Notes: generated by a model not told the origin, from the letters alone. Counted from the stretch's first letter, positions 28,790 through 42,754 are shown. The stretch is 64,000 nt of DNA from Eledone cirrhosa (GCA_964016885.1 OZ024743.1:273792001-273856000); one strand, 5' to 3'. Numbers and translations are program-made.

Positions 28790-29850
28790 ATTAATAAAAG
28801 GAATTCCAACTTTGTCTGATTTACTCGTTTTATTTACAATCCTTTAAAATTTATAATGGTATTAGAATGAAATAGTATGGTAGAATATTAAATGTTAAGT
28901 GTTAATTGAACAAGTACTTTCATGCTTTCGCAATCTTCAGGTTCATAATGTGTGGTGACTGTCAAATTTGCAATTTTCAACTGTAATGAGATGGGTAAAT
29001 TTTGTGCCTTATATACAGTGAAAAGTGGCTCCACGTGGCTAAATCTTGCAAACTGTATTTCGACCAATCGGTGTGTCGTTTCACTGGATTACTAAAGCTG
29101 ATTGGTTTAGGCGTCACGGTTGGTTGAGCATGTCTTACGACTACTAATTGATCCTGTCCAAATCATCAATTGTTTTGCTATTTTTAGAAATGATGAAAAT
29201 AGCATTTTCTAGTAATCGGCACCATCAACATCACTGTTATTATTAGTATTATTGTTGTTGTTGTTAGTGGTCGTAGTCATAGTCATAGTAGGAGTAATAC
29301 TCAATTATTATTGTTCATTTAGCTTGGGTTTGAATGTATCAATAAAATTCGTTTCTTTGATTTTTCTCTTGATTTCACTTGGGCTGTGTAATTTGTAGAA
29401 TGGGAATATTATAAATATTCCCTGAACACATGTTGCTAGATGGTTACTTAGGGGTATTTGACGGACATTTGGGTCTCTGATTGGCTGTCGGTGTACCCGT
29501 GCACATTCCGATAGTACATTTCCAGTTTGACCGACATATAGTTCTTCACAATTCGGGCACTTAATGCAGTAAATTAGATTTATGCTTTTGCAGTTCATAT
29601 TTGCATTTGGGAATATGTTTCCAGTTTTTGTTTTCATATATTGACCGGCGTGTATGGATTGGCACGTGCCACAACGCCTATCATTGCATTTAGATACAGT
29701 GAATGATTGGTCTTTGTTGTTAAGATCAAACTTTACTTTTGTTAGTAATTGCTTCAAATTTTTCGGGCTGTCTTTTACCAAGCGTCAAAAATCGATCTGT
29801 GATTGAGCCTTTTAATTCATTACTTTGAGCAATGAGGTAGGTTTGCTTTG
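28790..29850 (-). mobile_element. Second Penelope-like element fragment (Neptune-like GIY-YIG 29308-29781 + 3' repeat with HHR)
   Basis: CNDRRCGTC zinc-linker, NCKSINLIYCIKCPNCEELYVGQTG (GIY-YIG), E..FI..FKPKLN C-terminus; HHR at 28907-28945 downstream on the same strand. Boundaries approximate. Confidence 0.85.
28907..28945 (-). ncRNA. Minimal type I hammerhead ribozyme (Neptune-like PLE)
   Basis: Minus: TGAAC-CTGAAGA-T-TGC/GAAA/GCA-T-GAAA-GTAC-TT-GTTCA; palindromic AAGTACTT in place of stem III. Confidence 0.82.
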
Positions 29851-29853
29851 GCA

Positions 29854-29916
<63 letters not shown>

Positions 29917-30214
29917 AAAGGCGCGTGGCGAGGTTAGAGTATTGGATTCGCAATCATGAGGTTGTGATTCCTGGACTGGGCAATGTATTATGTCCTTGAG
30001 CAAGACACTTTATTTCACGTTGTTCCTTCTACCTGGAGCTGCAAGCGATAGATATTATTTGCAATTGGAAAGACCAATGGAAACAGTGTTTCCTAGGTCC
30101 GATTTGACGAAAGTCGATCGTTCCTTTATTTTTGTATATATATATATTGATATCCACACACACACACACACCCACACATATACACACACACATATATATA
30201 TGTATATATGTATG

Positions 30215-30298
<84 letters not shown>

Positions 30299-30813
30299 TA
30301 TATACACATACATACATACATATATATATATATATGTGTGCGTGTGTGTGCATGGCTGTTTATATATATTAAATATATTCTTGTCGAGATCTGTACGGTT
30401 TACTAAACAGTACAGTGACGTTTCCATTGAGAAATCTATTCTTTTATTCCATGTGTCTGCCGTTTGTACTCATCTAAAATCATTACTTCTAAATACATAC
30501 GCTCAATTCTATGTATTTGCACTTATTCTTTTATTATTCTATGTTATTTATTGACCCAATTATTAACAGCCCAAACTTTCTGAAACATAAAGCATAAGCT
30601 AGGAAAAGTGGAAAATGTAAATTATCGCTCCATATTTAATGAGCTAGTAATTACAGAATTCTGATAATTATCTTTAATATTAAAGATGACGTCGCGTTAA
30701 GGAGAGTGAATATTCGGGCTTCATTCTTTGTTATGTGTTCAATCAATTTCCTGAGGAGCTGCAATCTTTTTTATGAATGCTAATGTTTCAAACTCTGTCC
30801 CATTATATATATA

Positions 30814-31820
30814 TGTATATATATAAAATTAAGTATGTGTGTGTGTCTGTGTGTCTGTGTATTACCTATAGGGATCTAGATGTTACGACCGATTTTCATG
30901 AAACTTTACAGGCTCATAGAATAGTCATCGGGAGTGTTTTCTATATACCAGCGTATCGTTTTTTTTATTCCGGGGTTATTCTGCAGATAAAAATCGATAG
31001 GGGGTCACCTTTTTTAGGTATCGAAAAATAAAATGTTTGGCACTAGCTACCACATTTGGCCACCGATTTCGTTCAAATTTTAAAGCAACATAGAATGTAT
31101 CATTGCACATCATGTGCACATCCTATGGCTTTATATTTTGCATTTCTTGTTCACGGACGACGTGGCAGCCGCGTAAATATTCAAAAATACCACTTTTAGA
31201 CTTAAATTTCCACTTTTTCGGCTCAAACTCCCACATTAATCAACCTACTTTGTTCAAAGTTTACACTACGCTAGATCTGATTATTTCACGCCTTTAAGTG
31301 GCTTTACATTTTGGATTTTTTCTTCGGAAACGGCGTGGCAGCCGCTTAAATATTCAAAATATACCACCCTTTCGCTCAAATTTCCGCCTTTTCGGCTCAT
31401 GCTCCCATAATTTTCAACTGATTCCATTCAAATTCGAAGCTTCGGCTCCACCACACACATAAATCAATATATTTATACTACGATAGAATCTATCATTGCA
31501 CATCTTATAGATGGTCAAAGGCAAAACGATGGACACTGACGTCGTCTGAGCTTTTAGTTGTGTATTTGAGAATTCGTCGGTTGCCAATCAAGTAGTGTGA
31601 CGAAATTTGGCTTAGTGTTAGAGGTCATTACCTGCTCCCCCAGCATGCCCCCTCTTCAGTCACCCGCGTTTCTCATTTATAGAGGTCATCACCACCCTCC
31701 TCCACATAGCCTGTGTGTGGCCATAGATGAGTCATCGAACAGCAGTCGCTAAGATCAACACCTTTTCATCAAAGCAGATATTATTTTACCTTCCCAGGCA
31801 ACGCTGGGTACTGCTGCTAG
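30814..31820 (+). mobile_element. Non-autonomous Helitron-like element
   Basis: 5' TATATATATAAAATT..GTGTGTCTGT..ACCGATTTTCATGAAACTT; internal ~170-bp tandem duplication (~31160 and ~31330); 3' hairpin CCCAG-GCAACG-CTGGG then CTAG followed by T. Confidence 0.7.
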
Positions 31821-31880
31821 TATATATATATAGTACATATATATGTAAATATATATATATAGTGCATATATATATCTATG

Positions 31881-31937
<57 letters not shown>

Positions 31938-31938
31938 C

Positions 31939-31973
<35 letters not shown>

Positions 31974-32167
31974 TATAGTACATATATATATAAATATATA
32001 TATATACATATATATATAGTGCATATATATATATACATATATATATATACATATATACATATGTGTGTATATATATATATATATATATGTGTGTATATAT
32101 GTATACATATATACATATATACTTTTTAAATATATATATATATATACATATATGTGTATATATATAT

Positions 32168-33021
32168 TTCGTTTCTGAATTTGTTTAGCAAGTTTCTTTA
32201 TCTGAAATCGTGTGTTGAAACCGATATTGTTATACTTTGGGAGGGTCATGTTGCCAATAAGGAACACACGCACCAGCCGCTTTCACTTCAATTTATTATA
32301 ATAAATTTATAAATTTAGGAATTTATAAATTTATAAATTTCTGGTTGGTTGGTTCCACAACCAGATAGTTGTTTATATATTGTCAAAGTTCTTTCGTCAC
32401 ACATTCTGTGACCTCTTCAGTGACTGGGGATTCTTTTCTTTGTTTTTGTGCCTCTCCTTTGTTCTGTCCTACGCCATTTTGTTTCTGTGTGTGTGTTGTG
32501 TGCTCAGTCTGCGCATGCGCCACATTCGGGTGTCTGTGTGTGTTTATATTCGTTTATTTATTTGTTTATTTACATGTTACCGGTTGGTTGTTTGTTCTAT
32601 GTGTGTGTGTGTGTTTTCATTTCGTCCTTAATTGTAAGTTGTGATGTTGCTGTTCCACTCATATTTTCTATTTAATTTTGGTTGTAATTCTTTTATGTTT
32701 TTTGCCTCTGTGATTTGTCTAAGCATTGCGTCTTTTCTGTGTGTAGATTCTATTTTTATTTCTATGTTCTCTAATTTACCCTTATGTTCTATTTTAGCAT
32801 GTTGGTAGAGTACAGATGATTCTTTACTATCTTGAAGGTCTCGCCAGTGTTCATTTATCCGTTCCCCTACACTACGAGCTGTCTCACCTATGTACACCAT
32901 ATTTTTGTCTCTACATTGTCCTTCAGTACATCTTATGCTATACACTACATTTCTAGTTTTACAGTTAATATGGGGGCTTATTTTACAGGTTATACATTTC
33001 TTATCTATACAGAGGGGTCTT
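32168..33021 (-). mobile_element. 5'-truncated copy of PLE family A (GIY-YIG domain 32628-~33020 + pseudo-LTR with tail)
   Basis: Translation CIDKKCITC...NVVYSIRC...VYIGETARSVGERINEH...KYEWNSNITTYN is nearly identical to the end of the 62807 ORF; downstream sequence matches the family A terminal repeat. Confidence 0.92.
32382..32424 (-). ncRNA. Minimal type I hammerhead ribozyme (PLE family A)
   Basis: Minus: GTCA-CTGAAGA-G-GTCACA..TGTGAC-GAAA-GAAC-TT-TGAC. Confidence 0.8.
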
Positions 33022-33437
33022 TGAGAAGTCACAGAAAAATTATGTCTATTAAGACAAATATGTGTGTGTGGGGGTGAGTGTGGGTGTGTGTAGGGGTGAG
33101 TGTGGGTGTGTGTGTGTGTAGTAAAGTGGTTCATTGTTGTGATAATGGTCAGTAGGGCTGTGCGTGTAAGTTTGTGAGCTGAAAAGTATGTTTCAACATG
33201 TTAAAATACCCCCCCCCCCAACACACACACACACACACACACACATTGCTACTGACCGATTCATTCCCATTATCACAACAATGAACCACTCTTCTACACA
33301 CACATGCACACACACAGACACTCACATATTTGTATTAATAGACACATGAACTGTTGACCTTTCAACTTGACTGCAAATCACACACGTACACACACATCCC
33401 TACTGACCATTATCACAACAATGACCCACTTTACTAT

Positions 33438-33468
<31 letters not shown>

Positions 33469-33921
33469 TATTTGTCTTAATAGTCATATTTTTATTAGAA
33501 ATGCGCAACGCGTAAAAATTAAAAACTAAAACTGAATACTAACTAGTACTTATTACTAATTTGTGTGTGAGTGTGTATGTGTGCCTGTATGTGTGTGTGT
33601 ATCCCGGGTTCAATCGGGGGCAACCACAGTAAGTAGGGTACTCAATCCATAGTTGAGTATAAATGTTTAATATAGAAATGGCTTCTATGCGACTAGAACT
33701 GATTCTTTCGAAGGACATCCCCAGGGAGGAAATTCCCTGGTGATTTCCTTCGAATGAAATAGTTCTAGTCCTGTATAAGCCATTTCTATATTAAACATTT
33801 ATTTATATATATATATAGGTATTAAGGTGCAAGTCATTTGCGTCCATAGGCGATATGACGAATGAACACTCAAGTCCTTGGGGAGCAGCCTATCAATCAG
33901 ACGCGAGACTACACAATAAGA

Positions 33922-34010
33922 CATATCTGAGGAGCTTCCGTTTCCAGAGTCCGGTTCGTTCTTTAAAAGTCGTCCCTTCAGCTGAACGACAGTGAAACAT
34001 ATGTAATATG
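33922..34010 (+). ncRNA. Type I hammerhead ribozyme with extended stem II region
   Basis: CATAT-CTGAGGA-(~60 nt incl. GTCGT/ACGAC hairpin)-GAAA-CATATG-TA-ATATG; palindromic stem III, GUA triplet. Confidence 0.65.
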
Positions 34011-34090
34011 AAATTAAATACGTATATGATGCAACACTGATTCTTATATATTGTCCCTTATATATTGTTCCCTTATATATTAATAATATA

Positions 34091-34149
<59 letters not shown>

Positions 34150-34220
34150 TAGAAAGGCTTCTACAGGACTAGAACTGCTTCATTTGGGAGAAATCATCGG
34201 GAAGCCCATGATTATTCCAA

Positions 34221-34269
34221 GCTTCCTGATGATTTCTCCCAAATGAAACAGTTCTAGTCCTGTAGAAGC
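34221..34269 (+). ncRNA. Type I hammerhead ribozyme in a fold-back palindrome (34145-34285)
   Basis: GCTTC-CTGATGA-TTTCTCCCAAAT-GAAA-CAG/TTCTAGTC/CTG-TA-GAAGC; GUA triplet. Degenerate relatives at ~33675-33785, 35278-35385 and 52250-52292. Confidence 0.82.
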
Positions 34270-34276
34270 CTTTCTA

Positions 34277-34313
<37 letters not shown>

Positions 34314-34317
<4 letters not shown>

Positions 34318-35232
34318 TAAAGTTAGTCCTTCATAAGTGATCTTCCAACCATCATTGGTATTTCATCGCTTGAAAGACCATATGCCTTCGACTGGTGCGA
34401 GCAACGGCTAAAAAAAGTCGTTGGGACACGTAAATAAAAGGGACACGAGTGTAAACAAACAAAAATTGTGAAGCAACGAAAAGTGAGGCAGAAGGAGTCA
34501 AGTCCCAAATTTCTATGAATTTAAATTCGGTGAAATCGTGAACGAGAGAGAATAAAGACCATCAAACCTGGTTGGAATGTCAGCAAGGAAGGAATTCCGT
34601 ACAGGTCTAACGGGAGGAAGAAGGGATCTAGTCTGTGATTTCGGTGAACGTAAGTTCTGTGAAATCGTAGACGAGAGAGAGAAAAAAAGCGACCTGCCAG
34701 ACCAAGGGTGCGAAAGAAAAGAATTACGCACAGGTCAAACGGGAAGAAGGAGGAGGACGAGAGGTAGTAACAGAGAATGAGTGAGTGAAGGGTGAGGAAG
34801 AGGCTAACAGAGAGAGTGACTGCTAGAGAGGGTAAATATACAGAGAAAGAGGAAGCAGTAAGAACGAAATAGACGGGTAACACCGAGGGAAAAAATATAT
34901 GTAAATATGAGAATAAACGTGCTACGGGGTTGCTAATGGGTTACATATGAATAAAGTTAGTCGTTCATCAGTGATCTTCCAACCATCATTGGTATTTCAT
35001 CGCTTTAAAGACCATATACCTCCGGTTGGTGCGAGCAACGGCTAAAAAAAGTCGTTGGGACACGTAAATAAAAGGGACACAAGTGTAAACAAACAAAAAT
35101 GGTGAAGCAACGAAAAGTGAGGAAGAAGGAGTCCAGTCCCAAATTTCTATGAATTTAAATTCGGTGAAATCGTGAACGAGAGAGAATAAAGACCATCAAA
35201 CCTGGATGGAATGTGAGCAAGGAAGGAATTCC
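34314..35232. repeat. Direct repeat pair (~285 bp; 34314-34598 and 34948-35232), third copy ~37553-37770
   Basis: TGAATAAAGTTAGTC..TCAT.AGTGATCTTCCAACC...GCAAGGAAGGAATTCC repeated at 634-bp spacing. Confidence 0.85.
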
Positions 35233-35485
35233 TTATATATTATTAATATATGAGGGAACAATATATAAGGAACAATATAGAACTGTTTCATTTGTTTGGG
35301 AGAAATCATCGGGGAGCCCATGATGATTCCAAGCTTCCCTGTGATTTCTCCCTAATAAAACAGTTCGAGTCCTGTAGAAGCCTTTCTTTCTTAAATATTT
35401 ATACTGTGCTTTGTATTGAGTACCTTACTTACTGTGGTTACCACCGATTGAGCCCGGGATAAACTTATATATATATATATATAAA

Positions 35486-36890
35486 AGAAATAACAGGAGG
35501 CTGTACTTGTGTAAATCCTTGAAAGGTTTATTATACTATGATCATTTCAATGACCGGGTTCCATATGAATCCGGTGATATCATCAGGTATTGGAATATAA
35601 CAAAGGAATATGTAAAAAGCCATGGGTCCGAAAAACCATGGGTCCGGGAAACCAGAGACAGAGAGGGCGGCCGACCAACTAGCTTCACAGCCAGCCGCCC
35701 TCAAAGTGTTGGCAACCGAAAACTACCAGTGAATATCTGGTAAGGGGGCGCAGGCCTATCATGTACTACCACCACTCCGTCAAAGAAGAAGGGGAAGAAA
35801 GAAAGAAAGGGAGAAGAAGTGTAGTGTAAGGGTCAAATTACATTCATGTTAGAAAATGACGCGAAAAAAATGCTACCCAAATAATCTATAGTGGGTGTCA
35901 GTATGGTCTAATGTGTGAACGCTAAACTAATGTTGCAACACTAAACTTGTGTTGCGAGTTATAGGATGAAATAAAATAAAATTAAAAATATTATATTGCA
36001 AAATGGTAAATTGAAAAATAGAGGTAGCGAGATTTATTAATTTAACGAACTTACGGAGAGAGTCTTATATGAAAATTTTTTTATTTAACTCGATAAGATA
36101 TTAGGATGGGATATAGTGTAAAGATTTCGATTGGGAGTCCCAGTCAGCACACCCACCACCAAGAATCAACCAGTCTCAAGTGGTATCGTCCAGCGAAAGA
36201 AATGGAAATTAATTTTTCCAAGTACTCTAGGAACGTAGCTAACTTTGGCACCGGGATCGCTAGCGGGAACCCTACAATTTCGACAGGCCATCGTCTATAC
36301 CACGAATACTATTAAATCACACATTAGGGGTTTATTTACGTGCCAATAGAGGCATGATACAGCTAATAGTTGTGCCCAAACCTAGAGTTTGTAGGTACAG
36401 GTATAATTAGGAGGCCAAAACCGGCGGCGCACTGGGACTGGGGCAGAGCAAACCACTCCGAGTAATTTCATTTACCGAAAGAGGAGAAATTAATTTTTCC
36501 GAGCACTCAAGGAAGGCTGAACTTTCCGAGTGCCCAGCGCGCAGCCGGTGAAAAGCCACCACACAAGTCAAACAATGAAAAGTGCAAATAGATCAAAATT
36601 ATTTTTAATTATTTTAAAAGTCCCAGTTAGTCCGGGTTATAGGTAGTGTGGTTCTTAGGTGGGTAGGGGGCTATGAAGGTGCATAATGACCTGAGTAAGG
36701 AAAAAAGTTTCCCGGACCCATGGTTTTTCGGACCCATGGTTTTTCGGACCCATGGCTTTTTACATATTCCTTTGTTATATTCCAATACATGATGATATTA
36801 CCCGGATTCATATGGAACCCGGTCATTGTAATGATCATAGTATAATAAACCTTTCAAGGATTTACACCAGTACAGCCTCCTGTTATTTCT
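35486..36890. repeat. Inverted repeat (~170-185-bp arms, ~1.05-kb spacer) flanked by (TA)n
   Basis: 35486-35652 vs 36707-36890; inner ends have a 16-bp CCATGGGTCCGAAAAA unit (2 copies left, 3 right). Confidence 0.88.
35533..35590 (-). ncRNA. Minimal type I hammerhead ribozyme in the left arm of a long-spacer inverted repeat
   Basis: Minus: ATAC-CTGATGA-TATCACCGG..CCGGTCATT-GAAA-TGATCA-TA-GTAT; right-arm copy (~36786-36843) has core mutations. Confidence 0.75.
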
Positions 36891-37418
36891 GTTATATATA
36901 TATATATAAAATTCCCTAATGCATATACCAGCAGGCTACCAGCATTGTTGTTATACAGTAACAGTGAAAATCTCTCTCTTCCTTGCTGGACACTTTATAT
37001 ATGTATTAATACTACTACACCAAACGACCAACCCTGTCCATTGTTCAATTGGTCAAATATAGATTAAAATAGGCACTCCCAAAAATTCTTATTTAGATAA
37101 AATAAGCCATATACTCATTGTATTCTCATTAAAAACCTCCTATATACTTGTTTACCAGCAAATTGAATTGCCATCTGTAATATACTATCCCTTCTCTTCT
37201 TCCTTTCTTACAACTAATATAAATACTTTAATTTTTCTGATTTTTTCCAATTTATCCAATATCTCTGAAGAAGTGACAACGGTTTATACATTTGCTATCG
37301 AATACTTGCTAACATTATATGATTGCGCAAGCAGCGATACATAGGTATTCCGTCTGTTACAGAAACATATGTCAATACCTAATAAATTCCTTTATAAAAG
37401 CACTTTCATTTTATATTC

Positions 37419-37479
<61 letters not shown>

Positions 37480-37799
37480 TACAATTGTTCTGGTATGGTG
37501 AACTAACTGTTGTGTTACTTCTGACATATATATGTATACATATATATATATATGAATAAATTTAGTCCTTCATCAGTGATCTTCCAACCTTCATTGGTAT
37601 TCCATCGCTTTAAAGACCATATACCTCCGGTTGGTGCGAGCAACGGCTAAAGAGAGTCGTTGGGACACGTAAATAGGGGGAACGAGCGAGACAGTAATCA
37701 ATCAAAGATGGTAATACAACGAAAAGTGAGGAAGTGGGAGTCAGGTCCCTGAAATCGATGAACATAAGTATATATATATAACATAAGTATATATATATA

Positions 37800-38106
<307 letters not shown>

Positions 38107-38199
38107 TGGTTACACAACAGTTAGTTCACCATACTGAGAACAACTGTCCCATGGACTGAGTGCTCTACCTCTACGGATATTACCTTAGCAGTGTTCTGC

Positions 38200-38235
<36 letters not shown>

Positions 38236-38617
38236 TTATAAAAAATCTAACCATCCCCATTTCACGTCCACTTACCAAACTAGCAAGTTTTGGGTCATAT
38301 CGGAGTTGGCATAGTCTCTCTGGCTGAATGACATTCCCAACATAAGCACATTGAGTGTTTACTGAGAGCGTTGTTTTTGCGATACCAACACAATCATTCT
38401 ACACAATTGACTAGGTATGTTCTATCAAGGCTCGAACATTAACAATTTGCAGGATATACTGAATAAATGTTATCATGGCACTAGTACTACCGAGGTCGGT
38501 ACATTGTCGGCTAGAATACAGCGTTCCCTTAAACACTATGTATAAAGAGATAGAGAGATAGACAGCGTATACATACACATAGACAACCCCCCCCCACACA
38601 CACACATACACACACAC

Positions 38618-38719
<102 letters not shown>

Positions 38720-38724
38720 TTATA

Positions 38725-39513
38725 TCTATATATATAAAGTTGCATTCTTGTCTGTTTGTTTGTTCAGAAACTACTCCTATGGTTTTGGAGATAGACCCCC
38801 ATAAGCATATATATCTGAAACTACATTGGCCATGGTACACGGATAAGTATATATTATTTTAATCGAAGGATTCCCCGGGAGCTCAAACCCCCGCTGAAAT
38901 TTCTTTCCCTTCGATTTATGTGAAATTTAAACCATGGTAAATGACAAGATATAATGCCTATTCACAAAATTTCAGCAAATTTCAATAATAGTAAGATACC
39001 CTAATGGGGTTAAACCCTTTATTGTGAAAATGTTGGCCAGTAAATGGAACAAGATTTCATGAACTCCGCCTATCATTTTGGAGATAGACCCCCATAACCA
39101 TATATATTCTGAAACTACACTGAAAGACACACTAATGAGGGTTAAACCCCCCTATTAGGATTCCCCGGGGGCACAAATCCCCGCTGAAAATCTTTTCCCT
39201 TCGATTTATATGAAATTTAAACCATAGGTAAATGACAAGATATGATCACTATTCACAAAAGTTTTGAATTGATATTTTGAAACAAATTATTTACAAGAAA
39301 CAAAATAAGAATAATATTTAATAATGTAATTTTGATTTGATATATTACAAAAAATAATGTTTTCCAATTTTTCATGCATTACATTTTACATTGAGTAATA
39401 TTGAAATGCAGAGTTTTTCTCCATAAATTTTATCACTCATTTAAAATCAGTCATCACATTCTCTCTCAAAAAAAAATGTGCGAAACGCAGCCAGGCGCGG
39501 GTAATTCGGCTAG
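38725..39513 (+). mobile_element. Non-autonomous Helitron-like element
   Basis: A|TCTATATATATAAAG...TGTCTGTTTGTTTG start; internal duplication (~38780-38970 vs ~39075-39260); GC-rich subterminal GCGCGGGT then CTAG|T end. Confidence 0.7.
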
Positions 39514-39634
39514 TATATATATATAAATTGGTAGAAAAAGAGAGAAATATAAAGACAGAAATATAGAGAGATGATTTTGTCCTATATTTCAGTTGCAAAC
39601 TCTTTACCAACACATAGGAAAACAGACACATACA

Positions 39635-39672
<38 letters not shown>

Positions 39673-39687
39673 CACGCACACACACGA

Positions 39688-39721
<34 letters not shown>

Positions 39722-39870
39722 CGCTGTAATCAGCTGATGTTGCTTATGTAGAAAACGTTCGTCACTCCATGTAAGAGACATCAAATACGTTTATCACACT
39801 CTGTTGTTTGTAAAGTGGAGAAACTTTAATGAGTTTTGCCAGAGTAAGGACATTAAATATTTTTTGTTAG

Positions 39871-40024
39871 AAATGTTGTTCTCGTTGTCAAAGAGATACA
39901 ACTAAAAAGCCCAGCAAAGGGTACAAATAAATTGTTAAGGCCGTCGCTGGTAGGGTCCGCCGCTGCGGGACCTTTGAATCAATTGCTCCCTTTACCCCAA
40001 TTAAATCCCGCCCTCACTGTCCAG
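39871..40024 (+). CDS. Candidate upstream exon of the same gene (NVVLVVKEIQLKSPAKG...PALTVQ)
   Basis: TTTTTGTTAG acceptor, CAG|GTAAAT phase-0 donor, open frame, GC-richer than flanks; no recognisable homology. Confidence 0.35.
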
Positions 40025-40058
40025 GTAAATTGCGTTCAACCGTAAAGTAATATGTTAT

Positions 40059-40228
40059 AATTGTTTCTACTTTTGGCACAAGGCCAGCAATTAACCAGTA
40101 CATTACTGGTACTTTATTTTATCGACCCCGTAAGGATGAAAGGCAAAGTTAACCTCGGCGGGATTTGAACTCAGAATGGCAAGGGAAGTAACTCAATGCG
40201 TCAAAGCATGGCGTCCGACACCCTACCG
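40059..40228 (-). mobile_element. tRNA-derived SINE, family 1
   Basis: Same core and B-box, reverse strand. Confidence 0.85.
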
Positions 40229-40946
40229 AAAGCTTCCTATTTCGTTTTCAACTGATGGCCCGCAATCAAATGATAATAATACGTAATGACGTAAGACTAT
40301 AAAGCATTTCGTCATATCTTCATTTAATCATATTTCACTGTGAAGAATAATCCGTTTGACGTAATAAATATGATGTAGAGCGAGCAAGTGATCTGCTAAT
40401 CGAAGATTATCTCTGCTGATTACTTGTGTAGTAAACTAAAGCGTTGCACCAACTTATCTATTCGTTATTCAGTACACGATATCCATGTATAAGCTTAATT
40501 ATAATAGACCAACTTTATTAGCTAAGATACCATACGTCATATCAAAGAGTTTTGCAACACATAGAATTGAAGGGATATCTAGCATAGCTTTATAAATGGT
40601 ATTTCCGTGTTAACGAGCGCAAAATTGAAAGATTCTGCTTTTGTAAACATATGACCGTAGCATGGACCTATACGTACATTTCATAGAGAATTAGTTCGTC
40701 TAGTTCAATAGCTATAGATTTTCTTTTATTTCATCTGAATTCACTATAGTCATTAATATTTCTTGTTCTCTAAATATAGATGCCTCTCCAATAGTAGCCT
40801 GCCTGTAGAATGTTTATTTACATTTGACTTCAATCTTATCGGCTTCATTAACTGTCTCTCTATTCCTTCTTTCTCTCTCTCTCCCTCTTTCCTTCTTTCT
40901 CTGTCTCTCTCTCCTTCTTTTATTTCCCTCTCTCTCTATACCACCA

Positions 40947-41056
<110 letters not shown>

Positions 41057-41163
41057 CGAAAAAGAAGGAGAGAGGTTTATTTATTAAACATACCGTATAT
41101 CTTTAGATATAAGGAATTCACATATATATATATATGTATACACACACACTTACACCCACCCAT

Positions 41164-41223
<60 letters not shown>

Positions 41224-41844
41224 GCTAGTATAGTACCGGTCAATTTAGAAATACCTATCTGTCCGAAGCTTGTCGAATGGAATTTCTCCGGCAAATATGT
41301 TTTTTCTTTAATTCATTATTCAGGATTGAATTCAAAAGTATATTGTATTCAACAATATACTTTTTAAATATTTGATGATAAACTATAGAAACATGAAATA
41401 GTAAATCATACGAATTAATTGATTTATATCATACGATCTACAATAATGTTATTTATATGCTCTCTTGTGGGGAGTTAATACAATTTATATTGTTAATTGC
41501 TCTTTTCCGGAAAACGAAACTGTATATGTTTTTGTATGTGTTTTTAGACAAGTTTGAAAGTGGTTAATTTCAAAACCGAATGTGGGAATGGGTTTCTACA
41601 TGTAAAAATAAATACTAGTATATTTTAGATAATAATATTAGATAGAGGATAGTCGCTCTGCCATGAGTAAAACCAGTAAAACGATAAACCGACTTTAATG
41701 CATACAATTTTATGATATAGATAAAACTATACTAACACAAAGGGCCCGTAACTCTTCTCAATGTTAATTTTATTTTATGTCAATATCTTTCTCTTTGTCC
41801 TAAATATGAGCGGATTATTTTTTACCGTGGAATACCAGAATCGA

Positions 41845-42042
41845 TAGAACCTCGGGCACCCTTCTTCCCGGCATAGAATTTCCTCCCTTTATATTCTAAG
41901 TTCAAATCCTACCGAGGTTAGCTTTGTCTTTCATCCTTAATTACGGAGTCGACGGAATGAAGCACCAGTAATGCACTGGGGTCAATTTAATAGACTTTCT
42001 CCCTTCTCCTAAATTGCTGGCCTTCTCCCACTAGTAGATATC
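41845..42042 (+). mobile_element. tRNA-derived SINE, family 1 (diverged)
   Basis: AAGTTCAAATCC B-box and degenerate core. Confidence 0.7.
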
Positions 42043-42123
42043 ATTATTTTTTTACCGTTTAAAAATATATATTGTGTCGTTATTTATATAAGACCATTTA
42101 TTATTGCTATTCTTTTATTGCAG

Positions 42124-42213
42124 CATGAGGAAGCCAAGAAAGCCGAAAAGCCGTTGCCCGCAGAGCAACAGATTGCTTTAAAACTTAAGCTACATCAGCC
42201 AACAAAGCAAGAA
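42124..42213 (+). CDS. Coding exon of BAIAP3/UNC13D-like gene (HEEAKKAEKPLPAEQQIALKLKLHQPTKQE)
   Basis: Acceptor TTCTTTTATTGCAG, donor GAA|GTAAGT, 90 nt open, phase 0/0, compatible with the next exon. Confidence 0.75.
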
Positions 42214-42708
42214 GTAAGTGAACTCCTATTTCTTGTATCAAACACATGTTTCTAGACCTCTGCAATTAAGTAGAACAGAAAGTGTTAAGATTTCATATAA
42301 CGTACGCACACACGAAAACACATTAAAATATGCACGCAAACACATACACACATACACACACCCACACACACTACACACACTACACACACATACGAACACT
42401 CACGAACACACACGAGCACACACACACACAAACATTATATATACACACATATAAAAAAGTACCAGTAATGTACTGGTTAATTACTGGCCTTGTGCCAATA
42501 GTAGAAACAATTATATATACACACATATATATATAGAGAGAGAGAATTCGGTTTTAGCTTCAGGCATAGCTGTATAGAGATATGTATAGAAATTTCGAAT
42601 TTCTAAAGAAACACGGTATGTTTACAGGTTAACATTAGGAAGCCGTAGCTATTCAAGAAATACCGTGGCTAACGCCCTCTGGTGGTGTACAGCAGAAGCA
42701 AAGGGGAC

Positions 42709-42754
42709 AATCGTCGATGTATTTCAAACTTAACTGGTCTTCATCAGGACGATT
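42709..42754 (-). ncRNA. Minimal type I hammerhead ribozyme
   Basis: Minus: AATCGTC-CTGATGA-AGAC/CAGTTAA/GTTT-GAAA-T-AC-ATC-GACGATT; 7-bp stem I, AUC triplet. Confidence 0.82.
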
